NCBI GenBank assembly: GCA_964613035.1
Contig: CAZTFQ010000007.1
Span: 8,409-72,408 of the forward strand
DNA length: 64,000 nucleotides
From: an uncultured Christensenellaceae bacterium
Lineage (GTDB): Bacteria; Bacillota; Clostridia; Christensenellales; DTU072
Direction of reading: 5' to 3'
Below, piece after piece: positions 17,462 to 26,646 of the stretch. The translations under genes were made by a program, and so were the position numbers. Within the stretch, counting starts at the first letter, position 1; each line of letters starts with the position of its first letter. Under the pieces are notes generated by a model. The model was not told the DNA's origin, made no database searches, and saw nothing but the letters and a program-made list of their open reading frames with translations.

Positions 17462-20400
17462 ATGAAAAAGTCCAAGTTTTTATTTATCCTCATAACGATT
17501 ATAGCCGTCGTCGCGGTCGGACTCACCGCGTGCGATAACGGAGAAAAGGACAATGTAACCGTCACATTAGACGGCGAGACTTTATCCGTTAAGGCGGGAG
17601 AATCTATAGAGGAACCTTCCGTACCTAAAAAAGATTCCACCGCGCAATACGATTACGTTTTCGACGGATGGTATATAGAAGGGACCGACGTTAAATGGGA
17701 TTTCGCTACGGATAAAGCGACGGAGAACCTTTCTCTAGTGTCCGTTTTCACGGAAGTCACCAGACAATATCGAGTGAAAATCGGCGATACCGACTTAGGT
17801 TTAAAAGATTACGGAACCAGGCTCGACGTCCCCGAAGATCCGACCAAGGCTTCCGACCAATATTTCGATTATATCTTCCTCGGCTGGTATAAGGATGAAA
17901 AATACTCCGAGCAATGGGACTTCGACAACGACGTAGTCATCGGCGAAACGACGATACGCGCTAAGTTTAAGGGCGAGACAAGACGGTTCAACGTAACGAT
18001 TAACGGCGCCGAGCCCGTTACTTATAAGTACTTGGAAAAGATATCCCGACCCGCAGACCCCGAAGTCCCCGAAAATCTCCGCGGCACGCATAAGTTCGAT
18101 TGCTGGATTAATGAGGCTACCGATCGGATGTGGAATTTCGAAAAAGATTACGTCGCGTCGGATATCGTCCTTGTCCCGAGATTTATAGAACTGTTCACTT
18201 TCGAGATACTCTCCGAAGAAGTCGTCCTCGGCGGGAATAAATATGCGGCGATGAGTATTACCGACCAAGATTACGCGTCGATGACGGTAGTAATCAAGGA
18301 CTCTTCGGGAGAAGAGGTTGAGCTCGGCGCTATACGCGACGGCGCGTTAAGACTCGATATCGCAAGAGGCGATTATTCTTATGAAATTACTTTTCGAGGG
18401 ATGGTTTCTCAGGGACAGTTCAGCGTCGGCGACGTTAACGAGTACAAGGCGTATATCGCTCCCGACGTGAAGATAGGCGGCTATATGGGCAAGACTAGCG
18501 CCGTCTACAGATATCCTTCTTACGGCGTCAATTATGCCGTGGACGGAGACTCGATTTCTATGTGGAACATAACCTATGCCTTCGCAGGCGACGGCACTCT
18601 GGTGGATAAAGTTTATATCGAAGCCGACGAACTTTTCCCGTCCAATGCCCTGGGGATGATGGCGGGCATAATGCCTGCATGCGACTACGCCAATCTTTCG
18701 GGCGACGCCGCGTATGCATATCGCGGAGACACGGATAAAAACAAAAACAAATTGGTGTTCTCCGTATCTGCCAACAAAACTCTCTATTCGCAGATGTCCG
18801 AGGGATGGGGGAGCGGCACCGGTATTATCGCGGAAACGCAAAACGTCGTGTCGATCAATACCAAATATAAGCTCGCCGTGCTCAGATACGAAGACAACTA
18901 TTACGTTTTCGTCGACGGAAAACTTCAACTGGTCTATAATACGGACGCCTTCGACAAGTCAGGGTTCGGATTCTGCATAACGACGGATTTCGGTAAGACC
19001 GGCGAAAGTAACCCCATTACGTATTCCGACGTCAGATATATAACGGACGAGGAGGTTTTACTGAGAATGAAGCAAGAGGTCGTGGGCTCGGCTACCGTCG
19101 ATTACGATGCCGAGACGATATCGGTCACGCAATCCGATACGGAGCTCGTCGAAGGCGTCGCCATACCGGGCGTACGCACGTATCTGGAATTCAACGCTCC
19201 CTCGGGTAAGTCGATGGTAGGATACGAAGTCTCTTCCGATAACGGCAATGTAACCGTATACGAAGAAGACGGCAAGATTTGGTTCGTCCCGACGAGAGAC
19301 AGAGTCTATTCGATATCGGCGCGCTTTATCGACGAAATAGATTCCGCCGTTACGATTGAATTCAAGCCGTACGCGTTATTGCTGGGCGGCAAAGAATACG
19401 CGCTGCACGACTTCGATATCGACCCCGCGGATATAGAGCTGTCCGTATTCGATTATTCCTCTTCCGAGACCCGTTCGATTAAGGTCGAAGAACTTACGCC
19501 CGTGCTTAGTTTGAAGACCGGAAGATATACCTTTATCGCAAAATACGCCGATAACGTTACGGAAGTGCCCGTGTCCGTCACCGAGAACAGCGGCGTCGTA
19601 ACGATATATCTCTCCGATGCCTATATGGGCGGAAAAGTATCCGGTAACGGCTATACGGCTTCCAGTTATAATAACGCAGCGGCGGACGCGACGTCGGGTA
19701 CGAGCTGGAATCTGAAGAGCGGAATGCGCGATACGGTCAGTATGACCAACTACACCTTCGTGTATTACAGAGGTTTGTATGCTTCTTCTTATTACGCGGA
19801 AGCTTATTTCGATACGTCATTACCCGACTACAATCTCAATACGACCAATAAATTCAGCGGTATAATGATCGCTTCCAGACACGTTAATCTCGACGGCGAC
19901 GGAACGGGAACCGACGATAAAATGAAAATTCTGGTCGGAATATACGGCAAGAGCATCGTGCTTACCTATACCAACGGCTGGTCGGCATCCAACACGATCA
20001 CCGTTGCCAACTGGTCTCAGATTATCGATACGCTACCCGAAAAGGTCAAGCTGGGAGTCTTGAGAGACGGCACGGATTATTATTTCTTCGTCAACGATAC
20101 TTTCGTGACCAAGAAGAATCTCTCGCTGATCACCGAGGATTGCGGCGTGGGACTTGCAAGTTTAAACAATAAGAGCGTCGTGTATAAATTCAACGCTTCT
20201 ACGGACGCAAGTCTCGTTTCCGCGCTGAAGAGTATGGCGATAGAGGGACCCAAGCAGATAGACATCTATATAATGGCAGGTCAGTCGAACGCTTCCGGAT
20301 ATACCGCTTTCGACAACGCGACGATGATTGCTTACGACGACTCCACCGTCTACGGCAATAACAACGTCTTATACGCGGGCAGAGCGCAATATACCGGCAC

Positions 20401-21169
20401 TAACAAAACCGTCGGTTACAACGAATACAATTGGGGACTGGCTCGTGTGGGACAAGGCTGGTCCAACACTAAGATGAGCGCGGAAGCTTCCATGTCGGCG
20501 ATACTCGCGTCTTATTACAACGCATCCTCGGGCAAGGTGGCGGGCATAATCAAATTCGCTCACGGCGGAACCGCCCTTCTTAACAGCCTCACCGGCGAAA
20601 ACGCCGTCGGCGGCAACTGGGTTCCTAAGTCTTATGCGGATATCAAGGGGTATGAATGGTCCGTCGGAGATCCTCTTACGGGAAGATTGTATAGGAATCT
20701 CTTAAAGCAGGTCGAGCAGAGAGTAGAAGAGCTCAGAGCGGACGGTTATACGGAGATTAACATAAAAGGCGTATGGTGGATGCAGGGAGAAGCCGATAAG
20801 TATTCCCCCGACGAGTATAAAGTGATTCTCGAATACTTCATTTCCGACTTGAGAAGAGACCTCGGAGAAATTACCGACGAAGACTTGTCCGAGTTGCCAT
20901 TCATAATAGGAGAGATATCCAGAACCTCCGGCAACGCCGACATCTCAGTCAGCGTCAATAAGAAGTTCATCGCCATGCAAAACGCTTACTGCGAATCGCA
21001 CGATAACGTGTATATCAGTAAAATAGGCGATTACGATATCAATAAAATGGTCGACGGCACCAGCGTCGCGGTCGGTACCGACTCCTGGCACTGGAATCAG
21101 AACGATATGATTAAGATAGGCGAAGACGCCGCAAGAATCATCCTCGAAAAAATTCTCAACGTCGACTAG
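17462..21169 (+). CDS. Surface lipoprotein: Listeria-Bacteroides-type repeats, lectin-like domains and C-terminal SASA (sialate/carbohydrate O-acetylesterase, SGNH) domain
   Basis: Lipobox LTAC. Three repeats of the P.K....Y.F.GWY....WDF type. C-terminal IYIMAGQSNA, KFAHGGTAL, VWWMQGEAD, DSWHW (SGNH Ser and Asp-x-x-His). Confidence 0.82.
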   Translation: MKKSKFLFILITIIAVVAVGLTACDNGEKDNVTVTLDGETLSVKAGESIEEPSVPKKDSTAQYDYVFDGWYIEGTDVKWDFATDKATENLSLVSVFTEVTRQYRVKIGDTDLGLKDYGTRLDVPEDPTKASDQYFDYIFLGWYKDEKYSEQWDFDNDVVIGETTIRAKFKGETRRFNVTINGAEPVTYKYLEKISRPADPEVPENLRGTHKFDCWINEATDRMWNFEKDYVASDIVLVPRFIELFTFEILSEEVVLGGNKYAAMSITDQDYASMTVVIKDSSGEEVELGAIRDGALRLDIARGDYSYEITFRGMVSQGQFSVGDVNEYKAYIAPDVKIGGYMGKTSAVYRYPSYGVNYAVDGDSISMWNITYAFAGDGTLVDKVYIEADELFPSNALGMMAGIMPACDYANLSGDAAYAYRGDTDKNKNKLVFSVSANKTLYSQMSEGWGSGTGIIAETQNVVSINTKYKLAVLRYEDNYYVFVDGKLQLVYNTDAFDKSGFGFCITTDFGKTGESNPITYSDVRYITDEEVLLRMKQEVVGSATVDYDAETISVTQSDTELVEGVAIPGVRTYLEFNAPSGKSMVGYEVSSDNGNVTVYEEDGKIWFVPTRDRVYSISARFIDEIDSAVTIEFKPYALLLGGKEYALHDFDIDPADIELSVFDYSSSETRSIKVEELTPVLSLKTGRYTFIAKYADNVTEVPVSVTENSGVVTIYLSDAYMGGKVSGNGYTASSYNNAAADATSGTSWNLKSGMRDTVSMTNYTFVYYRGLYASSYYAEAYFDTSLPDYNLNTTNKFSGIMIASRHVNLDGDGTGTDDKMKILVGIYGKSIVLTYTNGWSASNTITVANWSQIIDTLPEKVKLGVLRDGTDYYFFVNDTFVTKKNLSLITEDCGVGLASLNNKSVVYKFNASTDASLVSALKSMAIEGPKQIDIYIMAGQSNASGYTAFDNATMIAYDDSTVYGNNNVLYAGRAQYTGTNKTVGYNEYNWGLARVGQGWSNTKMSAEASMSAILASYYNASSGKVAGIIKFAHGGTALLNSLTGENAVGGNWVPKSYADIKGYEWSVGDPLTGRLYRNLLKQVEQRVEELRADGYTEINIKGVWWMQGEADKYSPDEYKVILEYFISDLRRDLGEITDEDLSELPFIIGEISRTSGNADISVSVNKKFIAMQNAYCESHDNVYISKIGDYDINKMVDGTSVAVGTDSWHWNQNDMIKIGEDAARIILEKILNVD

Positions 21170-21190
21170 ACCTTAGATATTAAATCTTTT

Positions 21191-21224
21191 AAAAGAACCC
21201 GAGCAAAAATTTCGGGTTCTTTTT
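21191..21224. terminator. Bidirectional intrinsic terminator between convergent genes
   Basis: AAAAGAACCCGA-GCAAAAATT-TCGGGTTCTTTT. Confidence 0.85.
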
Positions 21225-21250
21225 ACGTTACAAAATATTTTATCGTATTT

Positions 21251-22072
21251 TCATAATTCTGACGGCTCGGCATAACGTTCCATCGCCTTTTTCGCATAAG
21301 TGCAGGGCGGAAGTCCCATACGGCGCTTAAAAGCGTAACTGAAATAAGACTGTGAAGAAAACCCGCATTCGTAAGCGATTTGAGTCAGCGTCATGTCGGT
21401 GGAAATCAACAGATTGACGGACTTTTTAATTCGTTCCTCTTCGATATAATCGTGCAGAGTTTTGCCGGTGGCGGCTTTGAAAAGTTTATGAAAATAAGTC
21501 GGAGAAAATTTAGCTTCGCTCGCCAGCGCGTCAAGGTCCAGTTTCGAGGTGATATTCTCGTTGATGTACGCTATTGCGTTTTCTATGACGGAGCGGTTGC
21601 TCCTCTTGGCGCGATAGGATGTTTTTGAATTGCGAGAATGGCGGTAGAGCAAATAAATCAATTCCAAAAACAGACTGTGGAGCATACATTCGTCTTCTTT
21701 AGTGCCGTTGTCGTAATGCTCGCACATTTGCATGAAGATATTGCGGATACGTTTCGAGTCGGACGTTTCGATGAAATCGGGCATATTTATTGCCATATCG
21801 TAAAGGAAGCCCTCTTGAAGAATCATATGGATGTAGTAACACTTAAAAGGAACTCTCGTATGACGGATTTGACCGGGTTTGGCGCAGATGACCAGATTTT
21901 TCTTAATCGGGTGCGAGGCGTCGTCGATATAGGATATGCCTCCGTCTTCCATCGGAATTTCTATTTCGAACATAGTCGTTTTTCTGTTCCGCGAGACGGT
22001 TCTGTTTTTCAGCGCGACTTGCGCGTTGTATATTCCCACCGCTACGATTTGCGGTAAAATCATTTCTTTCAT
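21251..22072 (-). CDS. AraC-family transcriptional regulator
   Basis: Probable start ATG 22072 (MKEMILPQ). C-terminal LDALASEAKFSPTYFHKLFK...IAYECGFSSQSYFSYAFKRRMGLPP. Divergent from the sugar-acid operon. Confidence 0.93.
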   Translation of the reverse strand: MKEMILPQIVAVGIYNAQVALKNRTVSRNRKTTMFEIEIPMEDGGISYIDDASHPIKKNLVICAKPGQIRHTRVPFKCYYIHMILQEGFLYDMAINMPDFIETSDSKRIRNIFMQMCEHYDNGTKEDECMLHSLFLELIYLLYRHSRNSKTSYRAKRSNRSVIENAIAYINENITSKLDLDALASEAKFSPTYFHKLFKAATGKTLHDYIEEERIKKSVNLLISTDMTLTQIAYECGFSSQSYFSYAFKRRMGLPPCTYAKKAMERYAEPSEL

Positions 22073-22185
22073 AAGCCCTCTTAATGACAAGATATCTAAT
22101 AAAGATAGCAAATTTTATATATACTCAGAACAAAAAATAATATACAATAAAATCGAAAAAAGAGTCAACGGGAATGTAGAATTTT

Positions 22186-22869
22186 ATGAAAATAACGTGG
22201 CTGGGACAGGCGGGATTGCTTTTTGAGGACGGCGAGACGAAAATATTGGTCGATCCTTATCTTACCGACAGCGTGGCTAAGATAGAACCGCTCAATTTCA
22301 GGCGGCAGCGTATAGACGAGCGATTCTTGAAAATACGTCCCGACGTTATCGTCGTTACCCACGATCACGCCGATCATATGGATAAAGAAACGTTGTCGAG
22401 TTATTTGTCGGAAAACAGCCGCGTGGCGGTGCTCGCACCGTTTTCCGCATGGAAAGAAGTGCGGAAATTCGGCGGCGAACGTAACAATTATATTATGTTC
22501 AACGACGGAACGACTCGGACGGAAAAAAGCGTGACTTTCCGTGCGGTAAAAGCCGAACATTCCGACGAATACGCTATAGGCGTCGTTATAACCGCGGACG
22601 GGAAGAATTATTACGTTACGGGCGACACGCTGTATAGCGAGAGAGTTTTTTCAGGTTTGCCCGAGATTAGGTTCGAGGCGGTCTTTTTGCCGATTAACGG
22701 AGTAGGCAACAATATGAACGTAGCCGACGCGGAGATGTTTTTAGAGAGAATAAAAACGAAATATGCCGTCCCTATTCATTTCGGGATGTTCGATTGCTTA
22801 ACGGGAGAGGAATTGTCGGGAGACAACGTCGTGATCCCTAAAATATACGAAGAGGTGGAGTTAAAATGA
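22186..22869 (+). CDS. Metallo-beta-lactamase-fold hydrolase (UlaG-like, candidate sugar lactonase)
   Basis: ITWLGQAG, LVDPYL, THDHADH (HxHxDH), AEH, GDT, PIH motifs. Confidence 0.8.
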   Translation: MKITWLGQAGLLFEDGETKILVDPYLTDSVAKIEPLNFRRQRIDERFLKIRPDVIVVTHDHADHMDKETLSSYLSENSRVAVLAPFSAWKEVRKFGGERNNYIMFNDGTTRTEKSVTFRAVKAEHSDEYAIGVVITADGKNYYVTGDTLYSERVFSGLPEIRFEAVFLPINGVGNNMNVADAEMFLERIKTKYAVPIHFGMFDCLTGEELSGDNVVIPKIYEEVELK

Positions 22870-24026
22870 AAATTACCGATATTAAAACTTTTGTGGTGGA
22901 TTGTTTTCGTACCAATTGGGTGTTTGTCAAAGTGTATACCGACGAGGGAATAACCGGCGTCGGCGAAGGGACTCTGGAATATAAAGAAAAAGCTCTCGTC
23001 GGCGCGGTGGAACATATAAGAAGTTATCTTATAGGAAAAGACCCTACGCAGATAGAGAAGCATTATCACTATATTTATCGCGACGCGTATTGGCGCGGCG
23101 GCGCGGTTTTGATGAGCGCTCTGTCAGCGGTCGAGTGCGCGTTGTGGGATATCGTCGGTAAGTCGCTGGGCGTGCCTGTATATAAATTATTGGGCGGCAA
23201 GGTCAACGACGACGTGAGAATTTACGTCAACGGATGGTTCTCGGGAGCAAAAACTCCCGAAGAATTCGGCGAAAAAGCCAAAGAAGCCGTTAAAAAAGGC
23301 GTAACGGCAATGAAATGGGATCCGTTCGGGAAAAGTTACTTACAGATTTCCAACGCCGATCTGGACAACGCTCTGAGATGCGTCGCCGAGGTAAGAAGCG
23401 CGGTGGGAGATAAGGTCGACTTGTTAATAGAAGGACACGGCAGATTCGACGTGCCCACGGGTATAAAAATCGCCAACGAGCTTGCTCCTTTCAAGCCGAT
23501 GTGGTTCGAAGAACCCGTCCCGCCTAACAATCTTGAAGCGCTAAAAGCGGTCAGAGATAAATCCCCCGTTGCGATTTCGGCGGGAGAAAGATTGTATACG
23601 AGGTTCGATTACAATGAATTGTTCCGCACTCGCGCTTGCGATTATATCCAGCCCGACGTGTCTCACGCCGGCGGAATAATGGAACTTAAAAAGATCGCGG
23701 CTATGGCGGAAGCCGACTATATTCCGTTCGCTCCGCACAATCCCTCGGGTCCGATCGCCAATGCGGCCACTCTTCAACTGGCGGCGTGCTGTCCCAACTT
23801 TTGTATTCTGGAGATAATGTATTCCGACGTGGAGTATCGTAAATACGTTACCGACGAAAATCTCGAATACAAAGACGGGAGAATAAAAATCGGAGACAAG
23901 CCCGGCTTGGGGATAGAATTAAACGAGGAAGAATGTCTGAAACATCCGTATACGGAACACAATTTACGCCATTATACGGGCGCGCTGACCGATATCCGTC
24001 CTCCTAAAACCGAGTTTTATTTTTAG
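22866..24026 (+). CDS. Enolase-superfamily aldonate dehydratase (galactonate dehydratase DgoD-like)
   Basis: FVKVYTDEGITGVGE, YWRGGAVLMSALSA, KWDP, EGHGRF, EEPVP, GERL, QPD, APHNP: mandelate racemase/DgoD pattern. Confidence 0.85.
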   Translation: MKITDIKTFVVDCFRTNWVFVKVYTDEGITGVGEGTLEYKEKALVGAVEHIRSYLIGKDPTQIEKHYHYIYRDAYWRGGAVLMSALSAVECALWDIVGKSLGVPVYKLLGGKVNDDVRIYVNGWFSGAKTPEEFGEKAKEAVKKGVTAMKWDPFGKSYLQISNADLDNALRCVAEVRSAVGDKVDLLIEGHGRFDVPTGIKIANELAPFKPMWFEEPVPPNNLEALKAVRDKSPVAISAGERLYTRFDYNELFRTRACDYIQPDVSHAGGIMELKKIAAMAEADYIPFAPHNPSGPIANAATLQLAACCPNFCILEIMYSDVEYRKYVTDENLEYKDGRIKIGDKPGLGIELNEEECLKHPYTEHNLRHYTGALTDIRPPKTEFYF

Positions 24027-24073
24027 TAACGTCGCTTTTGCGAAGAATATTATCTAAAATCAAGGAGTATACA

Positions 24074-24874
24074 ATGCAAAACATTAATATGACGGAAAAC
24101 TTCGCGCTCGTAACGGGAGCGTGTATCAATACCGGCGTAGCCATCGTGGAGAAATTTTTGTCGGAAGGAGTCAACGTCGTTTTTACCGGGAGAAACGCCT
24201 CGAGCGTATCGATAGCGGAAAAGACGTATCGCGAAAAATATCCTCGAGCGCAAGTCCTGGGATACGTTTTGAATTCGATCGACGAGAGCGGTCGGGTCGA
24301 CGAAGAGTCCGTAATAAAGTTGTTCGACACGTTGGACGAAAAAGGCGTTTTTGTCGGGAGTTTAGTGCTGAATGCGGCGGATCAGGGCTTGAATATGAAG
24401 ATTTTTGAGAGTCCTCTTGCCGATTTTCAGCGCGTAATCGATACCAACGTATGCTGGAATTACTGTCTTGCGGAACACGCGGCTAAGCGTATGAAACAGC
24501 GCGGCGGCGGAAGTATCGTTTTCGTTAACTCCAACACGGCGTATCGTGCCATTCCCGACAGAATAGCATACGAGGCGAGCAAAGGCGGTCAGCTCGGAAT
24601 GATGAGAGGACTGGCTTTGGATTTAGGCAAATATAATATTCGCGTCAATGCGGTGTTACCGGGGATGATAAAAACCGATCGCTGGGAGAAAAACCCCGAC
24701 TTCTACAAAAACGTACCCTCGCGTTATACTCCTCTCGGCGACGTGGCGACAGGAGAGGATATTGCCGACGCGGTCTGGTATTTCGTCGCGCACGCAAGGA
24801 ATACTACGGGTGCGGAACTCGTAGTAGACGGCGGCAACACGATTCAACTTTATCCGATCGTTCCGAAAAATTAG
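24074..24874 (+). CDS. Short-chain dehydrogenase/reductase (SDR)
   Basis: ATG 24074 after AAGGAG. Atypical Rossmann motif TGACINTG, LNAA, catalytic YEASK, IRVNAVLPG, VVDGG. Confidence 0.88.
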   Translation: MQNINMTENFALVTGACINTGVAIVEKFLSEGVNVVFTGRNASSVSIAEKTYREKYPRAQVLGYVLNSIDESGRVDEESVIKLFDTLDEKGVFVGSLVLNAADQGLNMKIFESPLADFQRVIDTNVCWNYCLAEHAAKRMKQRGGGSIVFVNSNTAYRAIPDRIAYEASKGGQLGMMRGLALDLGKYNIRVNAVLPGMIKTDRWEKNPDFYKNVPSRYTPLGDVATGEDIADAVWYFVAHARNTTGAELVVDGGNTIQLYPIVPKN

Positions 24875-24901
24875 CGACACTCGAATAACCGAAAAAGGAT
24901 A

Positions 24902-25495
24902 ATGAAAATGGATAGAGTAATACCCGTAGCGGTAATCGAAAATATAGAGGACACCGAGCGTATATTATCGTCCCTTAGGGAAGGCGGCGTTAACGTGGCG
25001 GAAATTACCTTTCGGACGGCTTGTGCTAAAGACGCGATCGCGCTAGGTCTGGAGCTGTTTCCCGATATGAATATCGGCGCGGGCACGGTGATTAACGCGG
25101 AACAATGCAATCAGGCGTTGGACGCGGGGGCTAAGTTTGTCGTTTCTCCGGGGTTTTCCGAGGACGTGGCAAAAATATGCAAGGCGCGCGGCGTAGACTA
25201 TTATCCCGGTTGCGTAACTCCTACCGAGATAATGACCGCGTTGGAATACGGCTTGACGACGATTAAGTTTTTCCCTGCCGACGTGTACGGCGGATTGAAA
25301 GCGTTGAAGGCTCTCTCGGGTCCCTTTCCTCAGGTTAAATTTATTCCCACCGGCGGCGTGAATTTGACCAATCTGAAGGATTTTTTGGAATTCGACAAGG
25401 TATATGCGGTCGGAGGTTCTTTTATGATGAAAGGAAATATCGTAGAAAATTGTAAAAAAATCAATGCAATAGTAAGGGAGACGGAATCTAAATGA
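24902..25495 (+). CDS. eda: KDPG/KHG aldolase
   Basis: AEITFRT, GAGTV, FVVSPG, PG..TPTE, KFFPA, PTGGV. Confidence 0.92.
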   Translation: MKMDRVIPVAVIENIEDTERILSSLREGGVNVAEITFRTACAKDAIALGLELFPDMNIGAGTVINAEQCNQALDAGAKFVVSPGFSEDVAKICKARGVDYYPGCVTPTEIMTALEYGLTTIKFFPADVYGGLKALKALSGPFPQVKFIPTGGVNLTNLKDFLEFDKVYAVGGSFMMKGNIVENCKKINAIVRETESK

Positions 25496-26514
25496 AAAAA
25501 GTAGTTACGTTCGGCGAATTGATGTTGAGACTCGCCCCGGAGAATTATTTAAGATTCGTACAGAGCGATAAATACGAAGCGACTTTCGGCGGTGCGGAAG
25601 CTAACGTTGCGGTCAGCCTCGCCAATTACGGCGTCGACGCGGCGTTTGTTTCAAAACTCCCCTCGCACGAGATAGGTCAAGCCGCGATCAACAGCTTAAG
25701 AAAATTCGGCGTGGATACGACTAAAATCGTCCGCGGCGGAGACAGAGTAGGAATCTATTATTGCGAAAAGGGCGCGAGTCAACGTCCCTCTAAGGTCATA
25801 TACGACAGAGCCTATTCTTCGATTGCCACGGCTAGTCCGTCCGATTTCGACTGGGATAAAATTTTTGAAGACGTCGACTGGTTTCATTTTACGGGTATTA
25901 CCCCGGCTCTAGGAGAGCTTATGCCCGATATTTTGGAAGAAGCGTGCCGTGTGGCAAAAGCTAAGGGCTGTACCGTCTCTTGCGACCTTAATTTCCGAAA
26001 AAAATTATGGAGTAAGGAAAAAGCCGAGAGGGTTATGAGCAAGCTTTGCGGTTACGTGGACTATTGCATTGCCAACGAGGAAGACGCAAAAGAAGTCTTC
26101 GGGATAGAAGCGGACAATACCGATATCGATACGGGCAGACTCGACAGAGACGGTTATGTATGCGTTGCGAAACGACTAACCGAGAGATTTGACTTCAAAG
26201 GAGTGGCGATTACTCTCAGAGAAAGCCTTTCCGCCAACGATAACAATTGGTCGGCTATGTTGTACACGGACGGAGAAGCGGTCTTTTCTAAAAAGTACTC
26301 GATGCATATCGTGGACAGAGTAGGAGGGGGCGACTCCTTCGGAGCGGGGTTGATTTACGCTATTCTTAACGGTTACGACGCACGGAAAACAATCGAATTC
26401 GCCGTAGCGGCGAGTTGCTTGAAGCATTCTATAGAAGGCGACTACAATATGGTCTCGGTATCCGAGGTTGAAGCCCTTGCCGAGGGCAACGCCTCCGGAA
26501 GAGTTCAAAGATAA
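25492..26514 (+). CDS. kdgK: 2-keto-3-deoxy-sugar-acid kinase (KdgK, PfkB family)
   Basis: FGELMLRL, GGAEANVA, GASQRPSKVIYDR, GITPAL, DLNFR.KLW, DRVGGGDSF. Confidence 0.9.
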   Translation: MKKVVTFGELMLRLAPENYLRFVQSDKYEATFGGAEANVAVSLANYGVDAAFVSKLPSHEIGQAAINSLRKFGVDTTKIVRGGDRVGIYYCEKGASQRPSKVIYDRAYSSIATASPSDFDWDKIFEDVDWFHFTGITPALGELMPDILEEACRVAKAKGCTVSCDLNFRKKLWSKEKAERVMSKLCGYVDYCIANEEDAKEVFGIEADNTDIDTGRLDRDGYVCVAKRLTERFDFKGVAITLRESLSANDNNWSAMLYTDGEAVFSKKYSMHIVDRVGGGDSFGAGLIYAILNGYDARKTIEFAVAASCLKHSIEGDYNMVSVSEVEALAEGNASGRVQR

Positions 26515-26552
26515 CTTATTAAGATAAAAGACCGATTTGTATAAATTACGTT

Positions 26553-26585
26553 AAAGAACCCGAACGAAAGTTTCGGGTTCTTTTT
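26553..26585 (+). terminator. Intrinsic terminator of the sugar-acid operon
   Basis: AAAGAACCCGAA-CGAAAGT-TTCGGGTTCTTTTT; nearly identical to the terminator at 21191-21224. Confidence 0.85.
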
Positions 26586-26646
26586 ACGATGTGACGTATT
26601 GCAAAAACTTTTTCGTTGTTGTATACTCGATACGAGGACAAATTTT

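Noticed and set aside
24074-24874. SDR as a pseudogene because of its non-canonical glycine motif
   Set aside because: The ORF is full length, with an intact YxxxK, an RBS and an operon position.
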